Positions 36,401-46,000 of a stretch of DNA of 53,810 bases are shown here, one piece after another (position 1 is the first letter of the stretch; the number at the start of each line of letters is the position of its first letter). Under the pieces are notes generated by a model. The model saw only the letters and a program-made list of their open reading frames with translations, was not told where the DNA came from and did no database searches. A program made the position numbers and the translations under genes. Origin of the DNA: a virus. Lineage: Duplodnaviria; Caudoviricetes. The stretch lies in the IMG/VR virus record IMGVR_UViG_3300043436_003945, positions 1-53,810 of that record, one strand, 5' to 3'.

Positions 36401-37776
36401 TTGCCAGCACCTACGACTTGGCCGACCAGATGGCCGCCTACGCCAAAGGCCGCGCTAGAGCCCAACACATCCGCGACGTCCTGCTCGTCCCGGGCCGACA
36501 ACGCAAAAGGAAGCCCCAAGGCAAGACCGGTTTGACCGCCCTCAACAATAGAGGGCTTGACAAAATTGACCGCGCTCTCGGCAAATCGACCCATCGGTCC
36601 GAGTGAGGCCTTTCCGGCGATCTGGTCGCCAACTCGTACTAACGTACGCCCGCTTGATTTAAGGACATCCGCGACCGGTCCGGCACCCCTAACGGTTCCG
36701 GCCCCGATAAGGGTTGCGAGCATCGCGGTAATGGGCTCCGCGCCTCCGGCGAGCGCCGTTGCGCCCGCAACTGTTCCAACAACGGCCGGGCTGTCGGACG
36801 CACGGACGACTCTTTGGCCGGCCCCAGAAACCGTCGCACCAACGCCACGACGGAGCACACCGACCGTCTCTGCGGCGTTTTCAACGTCCGAAATCTTTTG
36901 TAATCCTTTCGCAACAACCTCTACACCGCCTGCCGTGCGAACTCCAAGCCCAAGAGCGTTGCCAACCTTGCCGACGACAAACCCGGCACCAAACGGAATC
37001 CAATTTAGCGGGTCGTAAGCAACCTGCAGGTTTTCCGAGACCTCGGGACGGATCGGTGAACCGAGTGCGGCGGCCTTCTCGCGAATACCTCCGGGCAAAA
37101 ACTTGCCTTCTGCGGCCGCTTTGAGAGTCTGCACACCGCTAATGTCTGCGTCAGCTCGACGTTCGTATTCTTCGTCGGATTGAAGGGTTACTTTTGCGGG
37201 TTGCGCAACGAGCAGCGGGTTGCGCAGAACGTCGAGACCGCGAGAGAGGCTCGGTTTGGAAAAAGTCACGGAGTCCGAAACATTCTCTACAGCCTTGCGA
37301 GCAAGTTCGTACGTTGATACAACTGCGCCAGAAATAGCGGAACCGGCCTCTCCGACGGCCTGTAATTGTTCGGCGGGATTACCCGCGAACAGGGATTTGA
37401 CGTTGTTTGCGACTGCCGGGATTGACTCGGTTACGACTGAATACAGGGTTCTACCGGCGACCCCCGGCAGAGCCAGCGCAATCTTTGCGACGTCGTTAAG
37501 GGAGTCCTCGGCAGACTTTGACGCCTGCTTTTTTTGACGGTCCGCGAGGGCCTTTACAAACAGGGGGCGGAGCGTCGGGTTGTCGCCGTATTCGGACGCC
37601 GTTTGGACGGCCGCGCTGTAACCATCTATCCCGGCCAGAGCCTCCGTAACAGTCTGCTCCGGGGTGTAGGTTGCAGGGATGAAATCTTCATCCTCCTGTG
37701 CTACAGGTGCGGGGATGAAGTCTTCGTCGGTCGCTATCGGAGCTGGAAAAAAATCGTCGGTAGGTGAGTCGGCCAT
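30481..37776 (-). CDS. Large polyvalent (probably injected) protein: zincin-like metallopeptidase, ADP-ribosyltransferase-like and other domains
   Basis: HEVGH...EYIAE; RAVHDYFGH; FKKWFG...VYHAT...IFFS...GYDGVI...FEPTQVKS (ART of polyvalent proteins); C-terminal WY..A/ATSP/ND.WM domain. Confidence 0.85.
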   Translation of the reverse strand: MADSPTDDFFPAPIATDEDFIPAPVAQEDEDFIPATYTPEQTVTEALAGIDGYSAAVQTASEYGDNPTLRPLFVKALADRQKKQASKSAEDSLNDVAKIALALPGVAGRTLYSVVTESIPAVANNVKSLFAGNPAEQLQAVGEAGSAISGAVVSTYELARKAVENVSDSVTFSKPSLSRGLDVLRNPLLVAQPAKVTLQSDEEYERRADADISGVQTLKAAAEGKFLPGGIREKAAALGSPIRPEVSENLQVAYDPLNWIPFGAGFVVGKVGNALGLGVRTAGGVEVVAKGLQKISDVENAAETVGVLRRGVGATVSGAGQRVVRASDSPAVVGTVAGATALAGGAEPITAMLATLIGAGTVRGAGPVADVLKSSGRTLVRVGDQIAGKASLGPMGRFAESAVNFVKPSIVEGGQTGLALGLPFALSARDEQDVADVLGSSAAFGVGGHLVGQVVGAGNRYFSIDSAFRDATAKAPDSAYERPEFSYYSQDQGNVVEAKSKQVFDTLSNKGAQTVEALKKLFVKPDANGIKTEIYLADRATADALAKQYAGSEQGRAGFSVEIPGQKRRLVVINADSNGGISLGHEVGHAFYASLPYAQKKALLDTVSKTIRPDDFAQLKTRYEDLFNQKRNEDGSYTPVPEAERVKISDDYAAQEYIAENFSAYLNGVPIEKFGTPRGLADRIRVSIGAVLEKGGARRLTTDNSAAVRTELGYKPSAALAELYQNFIEARQLDNTTVATINGETAPIDVTLPPVEGPADRATNAPIAPVPANAPTSPLGNIREVEAKPVVPGFKKGDPIGEIRDKNGMLVAEDAKVLRKNEDGTYEIEFIDPDTGKRLIATTDEASLVSPISPGKVDPNKTVFPASPVTPQTPFGAAVAPTPATAATTVAPKQVENVARPQGSVATPNLRPGAASKFAAKAPDALHTANREVLEGLMSAPRAEIPAVETDYYAAASPVQSPDAIVRAAQRKAADALEKSGEPNPFRATFQKLFVPYRWSSYKLDAATNARLYGEGAPRQPGGIYGMSVDKVGQNLDLLRGLAKETPAIAETLSNFGVSQEYLASDALVSDFRTYLDNQAHGYGGDGKKLSLPADTRPGTITAQDPNFVPVALPTNKRQLFNLLLNLEQQATRTPGMEFSARFAKQNGIDPLTVGFDDKGRPLTDNNALRAALLQKGFDPRILNSAVENLPTENFTSAIKVRPDVAMPAADVAITQAGFMPETGSPRRPQGNDETRSVAARYTQKAGIQAAPHDTYAPVNETTLRRIADFYENAKNEPENPEVQKAYRALSEETRAQYDEMLANGIEIEPYEGKGEPYANSAAMLADVRDNKHLYFFLTKNAFGEGADAGNNVLLEKSGIKINGVDLLYNDLFRAVHDYFGHTAEGFEFGPRGEYNAYLAHSRMFSDEAKPALAAETLAQNAWVNFGPQLRRADGSLPKAGDADFVPIAKRRFADQKNTVVPPELLQAADPQAAFMPEDSQLEGFGESMREKMRAKIAKVEPTGYEEGDKFELPSGKVVEFVSDLLPKKGGARDGAQMAYVRFEDGMESSVYADDLTKYYGPGATFMPEAPDTPAFKKWFGDWQDPKAFTSRRKGPVSVVVDSKGQPKRVYHATTKDFTAFESGRKTFDDMGFFGNVETNRHAIFFSDVPEQAASYVTDSKGRADTGARTIPAYLDMKSPLYLDRNTNLDVLAEETGVNYNWLQNRRTWWELLDGEDGKMFAEGLKKAGYDGVIFEEDPIRPGVEVGNTYAVFEPTQVKSATGNSGAFDPTNPDIRFLPEVQFDAPKKLPDAIRNKTLTLVHRGAAGLSELDPAKFGSSRITPRSELSGEPRVFFYVKGFENKGDPSQLRGNKYEIPVSGKRIYDGDTDALDWTQDANRQRADIMLKDAGYVGLIRTRGEGKDLFKQVEIFEKVSVDGTPVSETDVRTPRSRLETPEGREVAAQLRKKYGSTGAYFDRLQEYEKTGNVRFMPEGKRRVDKAAIRFDGEVFTGAKHYDAFERMQEQGFVDEGATTDDVPSSAFGFVDNKGKFMTRVEAAKLAEASGQLSAEGIRKSIWNLPEGRALEADGFEINRRFMPEADDVRLTRPYKEIAKYLTPEERSKIRKNTAADMLEIFKELPPDVEFEAAVKMGMLKKGWYERAGRSLRTIFGNDTENFVGVLAATSPRQSVQLNMEMAFDIWEKYLEAGRPEEAATIKELVKPLVGLSARENNTIRALLGKDLEDNPIASSKKFDEDTKMSGFKVESFRRNLLGDLQASTNDSWMAQFAGISQTLFGTKAGYAAFNAKVRRVADTLDIKPAEVQETIWSFFKTLVEGTVEGRSSAETLASLTQGDILNTPEFYEELLKNPKVAAVLERLGIDTAAILDNENPAKAGADPTLPLAGITLERGQDSRRVLERVVARAQKIKDQSLAEETATRNRVEPTDDENPF

Positions 37777-37784
37777 CTACCTAA

Positions 37785-37790
37785 AGTATC
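37785..37790 (-). promoter_or_regulatory. Late-gene GATACT motif
   Basis: GATACT-8 nt-ATG 37776. Confidence 0.6.
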
Positions 37791-37793
37791 CGA

Positions 37794-39224
37794 TTACTGG
37801 GCCTTCCAGCCGCTAAGACCGTTTGGCAACACAACAAACTCGTAGTTTCTACCGTTAGCTTGTTTCACTTGACCCGGCTTTCCTGAAACACCCGAGAGGC
37901 CTTGTCCGACGTTGGCCGGGGCTGCTTGATCCGACAGATTTCCCAGACGCGACTGCGTGTCCGATTTGCGTTTTTTGTAGGGTTCAGCGAGCGTGTTAAG
38001 ATACTTAATGGTCTCGTCTAGTTTGGCCTGCGCGGCCTTTGGATTTACTAGGTCACCGGTCGTGGGCAACATCGTCGTAAGCCGAGCAAACTCGTCGCCG
38101 GTGACGCCCGATCCCGACAAATCCTTAATGATCGTGTTGCTCAAAGCCGAAAGCTTTGAATTAAGACTTGCAGTTTCGGTCGATTGCAGCCACGTCCCAA
38201 AGGCTCGCGTACCAATAGAGGCCAGACCCTTTGCGGGGGTGTTAGCATAGTCTGCGGCCACGGTCTGCCAATAACCACCTCGGTTTTCGTCAGCGTACAA
38301 TTTTAGGGCCCCCTTGGCGTCTTCGGCCAACTTGAGGGTCTGATCCAGCGCAATTACTTTTTTTGCGTCGGGCGAATCGCCTCTGCGTATAGTGATGTTG
38401 CCGTCTGGGCGGTCTGCAGACGGGACGCGCGCACCGTTTAGCGTGCTGTAGGCAAAAGTTTTTTGAACGACCTCTTTTGTGATTGGGTCTTCTATCTGCG
38501 CAGTCCGGTATTCAATCAAAGGAGAGAACGGCAGGTCGTAGAGGCTTTTTTCGGTCCGCTGCGACAGGGCTCCGGGCTTTGCCAAATAAAAAGGAGCCGG
38601 AGGGCTGGAAGGTTGTATTGAAGCGGCTTGAGCTGCTTCAAGTTTACCTTCTATAGACCCTCTTTGTTTACCGGTCTCGGTTGCTAGGGCTATTGCTTCC
38701 GTTTGTTTGGGGGTACTTAAACCCGAGAAGTTGACGTTTGCGAGCAACGACCGCTGTTTATCTTCAAGGCCTAACTTGGTTATGTCGGTGGTAAATTGAG
38801 GCAGACCCGCCTTAATTCCGGCCTCCGTCTGCGCTTGCGAAAATTGCGACCCAGCCGTCTTTGCGCCTGCCTCTGCGATGGCGGCACCAGCAAGAGGCTG
38901 GAAAGTGGGGATCGAGGCCTGAGCCTGTGCGGTAGCGGCCTGCGCCTGCGCGAGCTGCTGCTGCACCATTTGCGGCAGAGTGATAACGGCCTGCTCGGCG
39001 GCCTGACGGTCGTACTCGTTCTTCGCTTTTCGTGCCGCAATCTCGGCCTTCTCGAGCGTGAGTCGGCTCTGCAGATTCTGAAGCCCGGCGAGTTCAGTCC
39101 CGAGCTGCACGCCCGCGCGCGCGGAAAGAAGCATCCCCGCAGCGTCTGGCGCGAAGAGGCGTGGATCGACCTGTGGGGCCTGCGGGACTACCGAGACGCC
39201 GGGGAGCTGTTGTGGGAGTGCCAT
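37794..39224 (-). CDS. Probable internal virion/ejection protein
   Basis: Ala/Gln-rich and helical; syntenic between the pilot-like and giant proteins. Confidence 0.6.
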   Translation of the reverse strand: MALPQQLPGVSVVPQAPQVDPRLFAPDAAGMLLSARAGVQLGTELAGLQNLQSRLTLEKAEIAARKAKNEYDRQAAEQAVITLPQMVQQQLAQAQAATAQAQASIPTFQPLAGAAIAEAGAKTAGSQFSQAQTEAGIKAGLPQFTTDITKLGLEDKQRSLLANVNFSGLSTPKQTEAIALATETGKQRGSIEGKLEAAQAASIQPSSPPAPFYLAKPGALSQRTEKSLYDLPFSPLIEYRTAQIEDPITKEVVQKTFAYSTLNGARVPSADRPDGNITIRRGDSPDAKKVIALDQTLKLAEDAKGALKLYADENRGGYWQTVAADYANTPAKGLASIGTRAFGTWLQSTETASLNSKLSALSNTIIKDLSGSGVTGDEFARLTTMLPTTGDLVNPKAAQAKLDETIKYLNTLAEPYKKRKSDTQSRLGNLSDQAAPANVGQGLSGVSGKPGQVKQANGRNYEFVVLPNGLSGWKAQ

Positions 39225-40288
39225 TATGCGACGTAGTTAGTTCTGACGGGGCTTCCTCCGGACTTAACCAGTCCTGCGACCGCCGTCGGGTTATAGCCAG
39301 TGGGCATAGGGGTGGTAGGAGCTGCGTTGAAAGCCCCGCCCGCGTAAAGACCGGCGGCGGTCGTGCCTAAGCCGAGCAGCGCGTTGAGCTGTTGATTCTT
39401 GGTCTGCTGCGCGATTGCGGCGTTGTTTGCATTGACCTGATTTTGGGCATTGCTCTGACCCGAGTAAAGATTTGCGATGTCGGTTGCAGATAGGCCGGCG
39501 TTCGGCATGGCTCGGCTGTCGATAATCTGGGCAAGAAGACCGGTTGACTGCAGGTCCTGTCCGGCAGCGCTCGAAGCCGCACCGTAACGATTCATAAAGT
39601 CTTGCAGCTTTAGGTTTTGGCCCTGCAGGCCGAGCTGCGCCATCATATTTCCTGCGGTCTGCGCGTTCTGAGTACGCATGTTGCCCAGCGACAGAGAGGT
39701 CAAACCCAGATCCCGGGCGACTAGCCCTCGAGCCGCGCCGGACCCCGAGATCCCGGCAGAACCGGCACCCTGCAGGGCCGCACGGGTCGCGGCCGATTGG
39801 GTCTCGGCGTCGAGCTTCCCGCCGAGGTTGAGCTGGCCCATAATCCGGTCCGCAGAGGCCTGCAGGAGTGGATTGGACGAGACAGAAGAGTCCGCGATAG
39901 GACCGCCCATCTGGCCGAGCAAAGAATTGCGGGCCGCGAAGCCTGCGGTGTTCTGGTTCGCGAGGTTGCCTAGAGCGATGTCGGTCGTGCCGCGCAGGAT
40001 CGTGGTCCCGGGAAAATACTGCGACTCCAGACTCTTAGACTGGGCAAGAGTCTCGGCGGCGTTTGTGCGCGAGTCCGCGATAACTTTGGAAATATCGAGC
40101 GGCGTGTAATTCTGGGATTTTGGCTTGTTGAGAAGCGTTACGCCCGCACCAAGAACGGCCGAGCCTCCGATAGCGGTCGCTACCCAAGTGGCACGGGAGT
40201 GCGTGGGGTGCTCGTCCGAGAACTGAGCGCGCTGCATTTCATCGTGCTCGTCCGTGCGGCGTTTTTTGCGGCGATTGAAGTCGATCAT
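39224..40288 (-). CDS. Probable ejection/DNA pilot protein (start re-called to 40288)
   Basis: WVATAIGGSAVLGAG segment, Gly/Ala/Gln-rich; ATGA overlap with the cupin gene. Confidence 0.65.
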   Translation of the reverse strand: MIDFNRRKKRRTDEHDEMQRAQFSDEHPTHSRATWVATAIGGSAVLGAGVTLLNKPKSQNYTPLDISKVIADSRTNAAETLAQSKSLESQYFPGTTILRGTTDIALGNLANQNTAGFAARNSLLGQMGGPIADSSVSSNPLLQASADRIMGQLNLGGKLDAETQSAATRAALQGAGSAGISGSGAARGLVARDLGLTSLSLGNMRTQNAQTAGNMMAQLGLQGQNLKLQDFMNRYGAASSAAGQDLQSTGLLAQIIDSRAMPNAGLSATDIANLYSGQSNAQNQVNANNAAIAQQTKNQQLNALLGLGTTAAGLYAGGAFNAAPTTPMPTGYNPTAVAGLVKSGGSPVRTNYVA

Positions 40289-40758
40289 TTGATTTCTGCC
40301 AGTGCGGCGACAAGATTTGACGGTAGAGCCGCCGCGTTGTGCGGGTCGTGCGGGAAGATGATTTCCTCTTCTACGCTCGCGACGCTGGTCTGCTGGGTCG
40401 GATGAAAGGTTTTCCAGACGCAATCGGAGTGAGTGTAGAGCGCGCGACGGGTTCCGGCTTTTGTGACGCCAAAATAGGGGGCCTTGATATGCTCGATACC
40501 TTTGCCCTCGATCCAGACCGAAACCTCGCCCGACACGACGACAAACTGGTGGTCTGTTTTGTGAATCTTTGAGGTCACAAAAGTGTCGGCGGGCATCGTA
40601 ATTTCGCGGCCGTAGAGGCCGGGCGTAAACGTGTGAACTACCGGGCACTCGACCTGCGGAAATCCCGCAACCGACGCCTCGAAGGCGTTGAGAGTGTCGC
40701 ACGTCGCGGCGAGCGCGGCGGCCTGTTCTCCGGGAGAGGTACGAGTGATCGAAAACAT
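40285..40758 (-). CDS. Cupin-fold phage protein
   Basis: HTFTPGLYGREITMP...KIHKTDH...GEV...GTRRAL. Confidence 0.7.
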   Translation of the reverse strand: MFSITRTSPGEQAAALAATCDTLNAFEASVAGFPQVECPVVHTFTPGLYGREITMPADTFVTSKIHKTDHQFVVVSGEVSVWIEGKGIEHIKAPYFGVTKAGTRRALYTHSDCVWKTFHPTQQTSVASVEEEIIFPHDPHNAAALPSNLVAALAEIK

Positions 40759-40759
40759 T

Positions 40760-41629
40760 TTAGACGAGCCGGAAACCGCCGAAGCGACTGTTAGCGTTAC
40801 CGGAAATGCGTAGGCCGTTTGCTACCGGGGTGGTTTCGGAGGCCGAGACAACGACCCGCGCGAAGTCCGTGCCGTTTGCGACCAGCGTGCCCATGCACGA
40901 CACGCCGAACCGGGAATTAAGGGCGGTGGCATTGGTGAGCGTAGAGGCGACCGCGCCGGGGTTGTTTACCGACTGGATGTTGGTAATAAACTGGACATTC
41001 GTCGAGGCTGCGGCGGTGTCGTCGACCTGAAGCTGAACGTAGAACATCCAAACCGATCCTGCGGGCATCGGCACCCGAAAATTTGCCGTATCAAAGGTAA
41101 CATTGCTCTGAAAGCGAACCGAGTTAAACTCGACCACATTGTCGTTGCCGTCGGTCGTGATTGGCTGCTCGGAACCAAGCGTGACCTCAAAGTAATTCGA
41201 CGTGACGAGCGGGGGCGGGGTCTGCCATGCCGGTAATCCGCCGACGAGGGTAAGCGTCTGACCGTTCGTGCCCGAGGATGCGAGCAGTTCGGCGGGCCGG
41301 CTGGACCCGTTGTAGTAGAGCAGGCTGCCCGCCGTGCCGCCCAAAAGTTTTGCGAGCGTTACGGTGTTGTTGACGAGTCCCGCGCCGTTCTGAGTCGCAA
41401 ACGTGTACGCGCCGAGTCCGACATCGAAGACGCGCCATTCTGTCCCGTTAAAGAGTACGGGCCCGAGGTCGCTCGACGGGATGCTACCGCCGTTCTGGAA
41501 GGCGCTCCACGGTGCCGTTGGGGCAATCGTCAGCCGATCCACAATTGCGGTCGCAAGCTGTTGCGGCGTGCCCGCGAAATTGTTCGGGAGCGGGGCGAGC
41601 GAGATGTTGAAGTCGACCGGGGCTGGCAT
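40760..41629 (-). CDS. Tail-associated protein with beta-rich C-terminal domain (C1q-like)
   Basis: GQTLTLVGGLPAWQ fibre motif; VVEFNSV...FDTANFR...FGGFRL. Confidence 0.55.
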   Translation of the reverse strand: MPAPVDFNISLAPLPNNFAGTPQQLATAIVDRLTIAPTAPWSAFQNGGSIPSSDLGPVLFNGTEWRVFDVGLGAYTFATQNGAGLVNNTVTLAKLLGGTAGSLLYYNGSSRPAELLASSGTNGQTLTLVGGLPAWQTPPPLVTSNYFEVTLGSEQPITTDGNDNVVEFNSVRFQSNVTFDTANFRVPMPAGSVWMFYVQLQVDDTAAASTNVQFITNIQSVNNPGAVASTLTNATALNSRFGVSCMGTLVANGTDFARVVVSASETTPVANGLRISGNANSRFGGFRLV

Positions 41630-41637
41630 GTTTTAAT

Positions 41638-43077
41638 TTAGTTGGTCACCAAGAAATTTACACGGCACTCACCTGAGTGCGCGGTATCCATGTAGATCGT
41701 GAACGACCCGGCCGCCGGGACTACTGCGCCAAGCCGGTGAGAGCCGGCGGTTCCCTTGGATACGAAAATAATGCTGTTCGTATTGACCAGACTGTTCGTA
41801 ACAACCAACGAAGAATCGCTTGAACCGAAATTTACGGAGCCGGATACTGCGTTGATCGTTCGAGCGCCAACAGTGCCGGGCGTAGTGATCGTTTTCCCTG
41901 TAAAGATTGGGTTTTTGCAGGTCACCGCCCCGTTTGTGGCAGAGATGTCGTTTGCCGTAATTTCTACGCCCGAGGTGGAGATGCTTCCCGACTCAACGAC
42001 TATGCTTCCCGGGTCTACGGTTAGCTGCCCATCGACATTTAGATCGCCGGCAGCGTTAATATCTCCGTTTGCGGTGACGTTGTCTGCGGTGAGCCCGTTT
42101 GTTAATGTGACGGTCCCTGCAGACGAGATCGTGACCGACGTGGTGGCCGCGTCGTTGCTCAACGTGAGCGTGGTCGGTTGGGGGGACGTTAAAACAGCAT
42201 TTAAAACCGCAAAGCTACCGTTGTTGTCCCAGAGGGTGTATAGCCCGTTATCAGTCGGGTTTCGTCCAACATAAATAGCCCCGTTGACGGTTGACACGTC
42301 GCCTACTTTAAATCCAAAATCGGGGCTTATCTCAACCCGGTTATAGAGGGTGCCGCCAAGGTAGGGGCTGATTAAGTTTCCGGTAAGTTTATTCGCCGCC
42401 AACGACGAGATCTGACTGTTCGTAACCTGTCCGGTAATCTTGGCCGCCGGCAGAGCGAAGAAGCTGTAGGCAACCGTAAAGTTGATCGCGCTTGCGCCAA
42501 TAATTGGCGGCGTCGCGTTTGAGAGCACCCAAAGCGAGCCCCCGTTGACGGTGCCGTATTTGACGTAGGTTTGAGCGCCGACCTTGAGTTCGCCGGTCGC
42601 ATTTGCATCGGCCGCACGGGTCCAAGTACCGTTAGACCCTGAGCCAACAGTCGCGACGTAATAGATTCCGTTTTGGCGGTTGTCTGTTTGATCCTTTACT
42701 AGGATTCGGTCGTTGAGCAGAAGCGTCCGACCGTCGAGCGTCGACGGGGCCGCACCCTCAAGCGTGAGGTTGGCGGTAGTGGCCGCATCGACGGCCGCGT
42801 GAACGTCGAACCCCTGAAAGGCGAGGGCGTCCGCGTAGGCTTTGGTCGCGGCGTCGGAGCTGACCGTCGGGGCCGGAAGACCGGTAACGCTGGAGCCCGT
42901 TATCGCGCTCCCGGAGATCGCGCTGCTGGTAATCGTGCCGACCGTGAAGGTCGAGCCGGTGAGCAGAACGCCCGCGTACGAGCCCCCCGAGGCGAAGGTC
43001 GGCGTGGGGTAGCAACCGCCCACGATGCTGTTCGCTTGATTGACTAGGTCGTTAAGATCGGTGCAGCCGCAGGACAT
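41638..43077 (-). CDS. Tail fibre-like protein
   Basis: DAATKAYAD, AATTANLTL, DRILVKDQT..QNGIY, WTRAAD. Confidence 0.7.
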   Translation of the reverse strand: MSCGCTDLNDLVNQANSIVGGCYPTPTFASGGSYAGVLLTGSTFTVGTITSSAISGSAITGSSVTGLPAPTVSSDAATKAYADALAFQGFDVHAAVDAATTANLTLEGAAPSTLDGRTLLLNDRILVKDQTDNRQNGIYYVATVGSGSNGTWTRAADANATGELKVGAQTYVKYGTVNGGSLWVLSNATPPIIGASAINFTVAYSFFALPAAKITGQVTNSQISSLAANKLTGNLISPYLGGTLYNRVEISPDFGFKVGDVSTVNGAIYVGRNPTDNGLYTLWDNNGSFAVLNAVLTSPQPTTLTLSNDAATTSVTISSAGTVTLTNGLTADNVTANGDINAAGDLNVDGQLTVDPGSIVVESGSISTSGVEITANDISATNGAVTCKNPIFTGKTITTPGTVGARTINAVSGSVNFGSSDSSLVVTNSLVNTNSIIFVSKGTAGSHRLGAVVPAAGSFTIYMDTAHSGECRVNFLVTN

Positions 43078-43084
43078 TTGTAGA

Positions 43085-43090
43085 AGTATC
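43085..43090 (-). promoter_or_regulatory. Late-gene GATACT motif
   Basis: GATACT-7 nt-ATG 43077. Confidence 0.6.
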
Positions 43091-43094
43091 GGAG

Positions 43095-46000
43095 TTACGG
43101 TCCGGGGTTAATTGCGCGCACCCGCCAAGTACCGCTGCCGGGGTCAATAGTCCCTCCGGTGGAGTTGTAAAGGGTTATGCGGACTACGTTGGGCGAATGG
43201 ACGTTGGCGGTCGCAGTCAAACCGTTTAGATCGTAGGGAACGCCAAGGGATATGGTCGCCCCAAACTTGACGCCGCTGACGGTTAAGGTGGTGTTATCTT
43301 GTTGACCGGGTATAAGGCTGCCCGGGTCCCAAGTTATAGACCCCTGACAGTCGACCGAATTGGTGGTTCCGCTGTCGTCGAGATAGGTAGGCGGGGCCGT
43401 TACAAATATGTTGTTTCGGATTTGGCAGTTTGACGTTGCAGGCCCTAAAAAGAAGCCGGTCGTAGCGACGCGATCAATGACGTTGTCGTGTATCTTCACA
43501 ATACCGCAGTTATCTGTAAGATAGAACGCGAAGTGGGGTCGGTTTTTGAGTTGGTTGTCGTAGATATCCGAAAAGGATACTCGATCTAAGTAGAAGTGAT
43601 ATTTTAAAAACGCATCGTTTTCGTCGTTAATCAGCAAGCAGTCACTGATGTTTACGTTTGCCACGTTGAATATCCGGAACGACCACCCAAGTAGGTAGGT
43701 CTCCATCTCAAAGTTGTTGACGTTAAACCAAGGGATTTGAGTGCTGTCTCCATTTAAAAAGGTTACCCCTTTCTGCAGCCCTACCGCAATGCAATCCCGG
43801 AGCGTCCAACCTTCGCAGCGAACTCCTACTGCGCCCGCCGTATCGTCGGGGTATCCGTTGGCGTCTAGCCCTCCGCAATAGAATGCGCGGGACATAAACG
43901 CAAACTGACACTCTGACACGAGGCCATTGACTGAAAACGCGTTGTCGGAGTTGACAACAATTGCGTTTCCGGTGCCGTTGACTGTCCCAACAAAGCCGTT
44001 TGTTTGGCCCACAAACAAACAGTTGCGGATAACTGTGTTCCAGCATCCGTCATTTTCTAAAGAGATGTTTGCGTAGTTGGTGAAGTCCCCTTGAAAGGCG
44101 ATGCGATAGAACTCGCAGCCGGGGGCTTCGTGGAATGAACCCATCGAGTTTTTTATCCGTATCAACCGCTTTACGTTTGGCGCAGATGGTTTAATTGTAA
44201 AATCCGAAAAAGTTGCAAAGTTGAAGCGTTGATCCCCGACGCCGGTAATAAAGTTAAAATCGAAAAGTGCCTCGGCAGTAGTGGATGAGAGGCGTAATAC
44301 TGTGACGCCTTTACCTTCTCCGCGAATCGCGAGTTGGCAATTTGGGTTGGCCCCTAAAGTGATCGCGGCGTTAAAGTCCCACTGTCCTTGTGGGATTACG
44401 ACGGTCCCGCGAGTAGCTGCGACGGCGGCGGTGACGGCCGCTTGTAGGGCGGTCACATTTTGTGAGGCTGTGTTTCCAGCTACAAGACCGTAATTTGAGG
44501 CGTTAAATACTCCCGACCCCGCCGGGTTGATGTAGTTTATGGAGACGTCAGTTTCAGCGGTGCCCCAGCATTGAAAGAGAAATTGAAAAGTCTGACCCGG
44601 GGGGATTGTCGTGGGGAGTACGCCGTTTGTTTTCCAAGAGGCAAGCAGCGACCACGTAAGTGTCAGACTGTTTGCTGTTGGGTTGTAGAGTTCAAGAACG
44701 CCTGAGGCGTCGTTTGCTCGGGTCCCTGTAGCTAAAACTCTGAGGTTGCCCGTAAGAACGATGCGACTGCGACTAAACGAAAAATTAAAGGTAATATCAC
44801 CCGCAGTGGCGTAGCCGAGTTCTGGCGCGAGTTTAAGTTGAGTGATGGCCGCGACGCTTAGGGTGGCGTTACCGCCCTGATACACCAATTCCGCGTTAGC
44901 GTCGGGAAGCGTAAAAGTTTTAATCGAGCCCGTAGGCCCGGAGAACTTTACAAAATCGCTGCCCCCTGCGAGCGCGGAAAGCGCGGTGTCGAGGGGCTGA
45001 GAAGCGGCAATGGCTGCGGCTTGAGCTGCGTTTGCTTTGGTTGTCGCGTCTGTCGCGGCTGCGGCAATGGCTGCGGCTTGAGCTGCGTTTGCTTTGGTTG
45101 TCGCGTCTGTCGCGGCTGCGGCAATGGCTGCGGCTTGAGCTGCGTTTGCTTTGGTTGTTGCGTCTGTCGCGGCTGCGGCAATGGCTGCGGCTTGAGCTGC
45201 GTTTGCTTTGGTTGTCGCGTCTGTCGCGGCTGCGGCAATGGCTGCGGCTTGAGCTGCGTTTGCTTTGGTTGTCGCGTCTGTCGCGGCTGCGGAGGCAACA
45301 GATGCGTCGTTGCCGTTAAGTTTTTGGATCGCACCCAAGATGGAGTCGGTTGCAGCAACCACGCCTGCGCCAGAAACGTAGCCGGTCAAAACCTTGGCGA
45401 TTACGGCACCGTTTGCGACGTCTGAGGCAATGCCGGTGACGTCGCCGGTGAGGTTGCCCGAGATCTGGCCGCTTGCCGAAAGGGTTCCGAGGATTGCGGT
45501 GCCCGTAGACGTGACAGTAAGCGGTTCGCTTGCGTTAGACCCGTTGGAGCGCGCCAAACGGACCGCAAAGGTGCCAAGAGTCGAGGCGTCTGGGCCCCAG
45601 CTCCAAACGCGCGCTTTGCCGCTGATGTAGTCGAGCGCGGACGACGGCCCGTCAATTGTGGCAGCCCCCGTAACGCGGACCGAGTTTACCGCCGAGAGGG
45701 CAGTAAACACGCCCGAGGTGCCGTTGATTACGCGGGCGCTAAAGTCTCCGTCAACGTTGCGCGCGACGATTGCGTTAATTACGTTTACCGAGGTCGCGGT
45801 CGTTGCGCTGTTGGAAACTTTTCCAGAACTGGAAATCGTAGCAAGTTTTGAGTCCGCGATGGCCGCGCTTAAGTTGATGTCGTCGTTTACAATCACGCCC
45901 GAGGCGATGCTCGTAGCGTTCCCGACGCTCAACACGTCGCCGGTTAGGTTCGCGTTCGTGGTTACAGTCCCTGCCGTGAGTCCGGAGGCGGTGCCGCTCA

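Noticed and set aside
40289-40702. N-terminal extension of ORF 39224-40702
   Set aside because: Overlaps the cupin gene in another frame; ATGA-coupled start at 40288 is more plausible
45021-45425. Cys-rich repeat ORF on the + strand (metallothionein-like)
   Set aside because: Antisense translation of the 57-bp tailspike repeat
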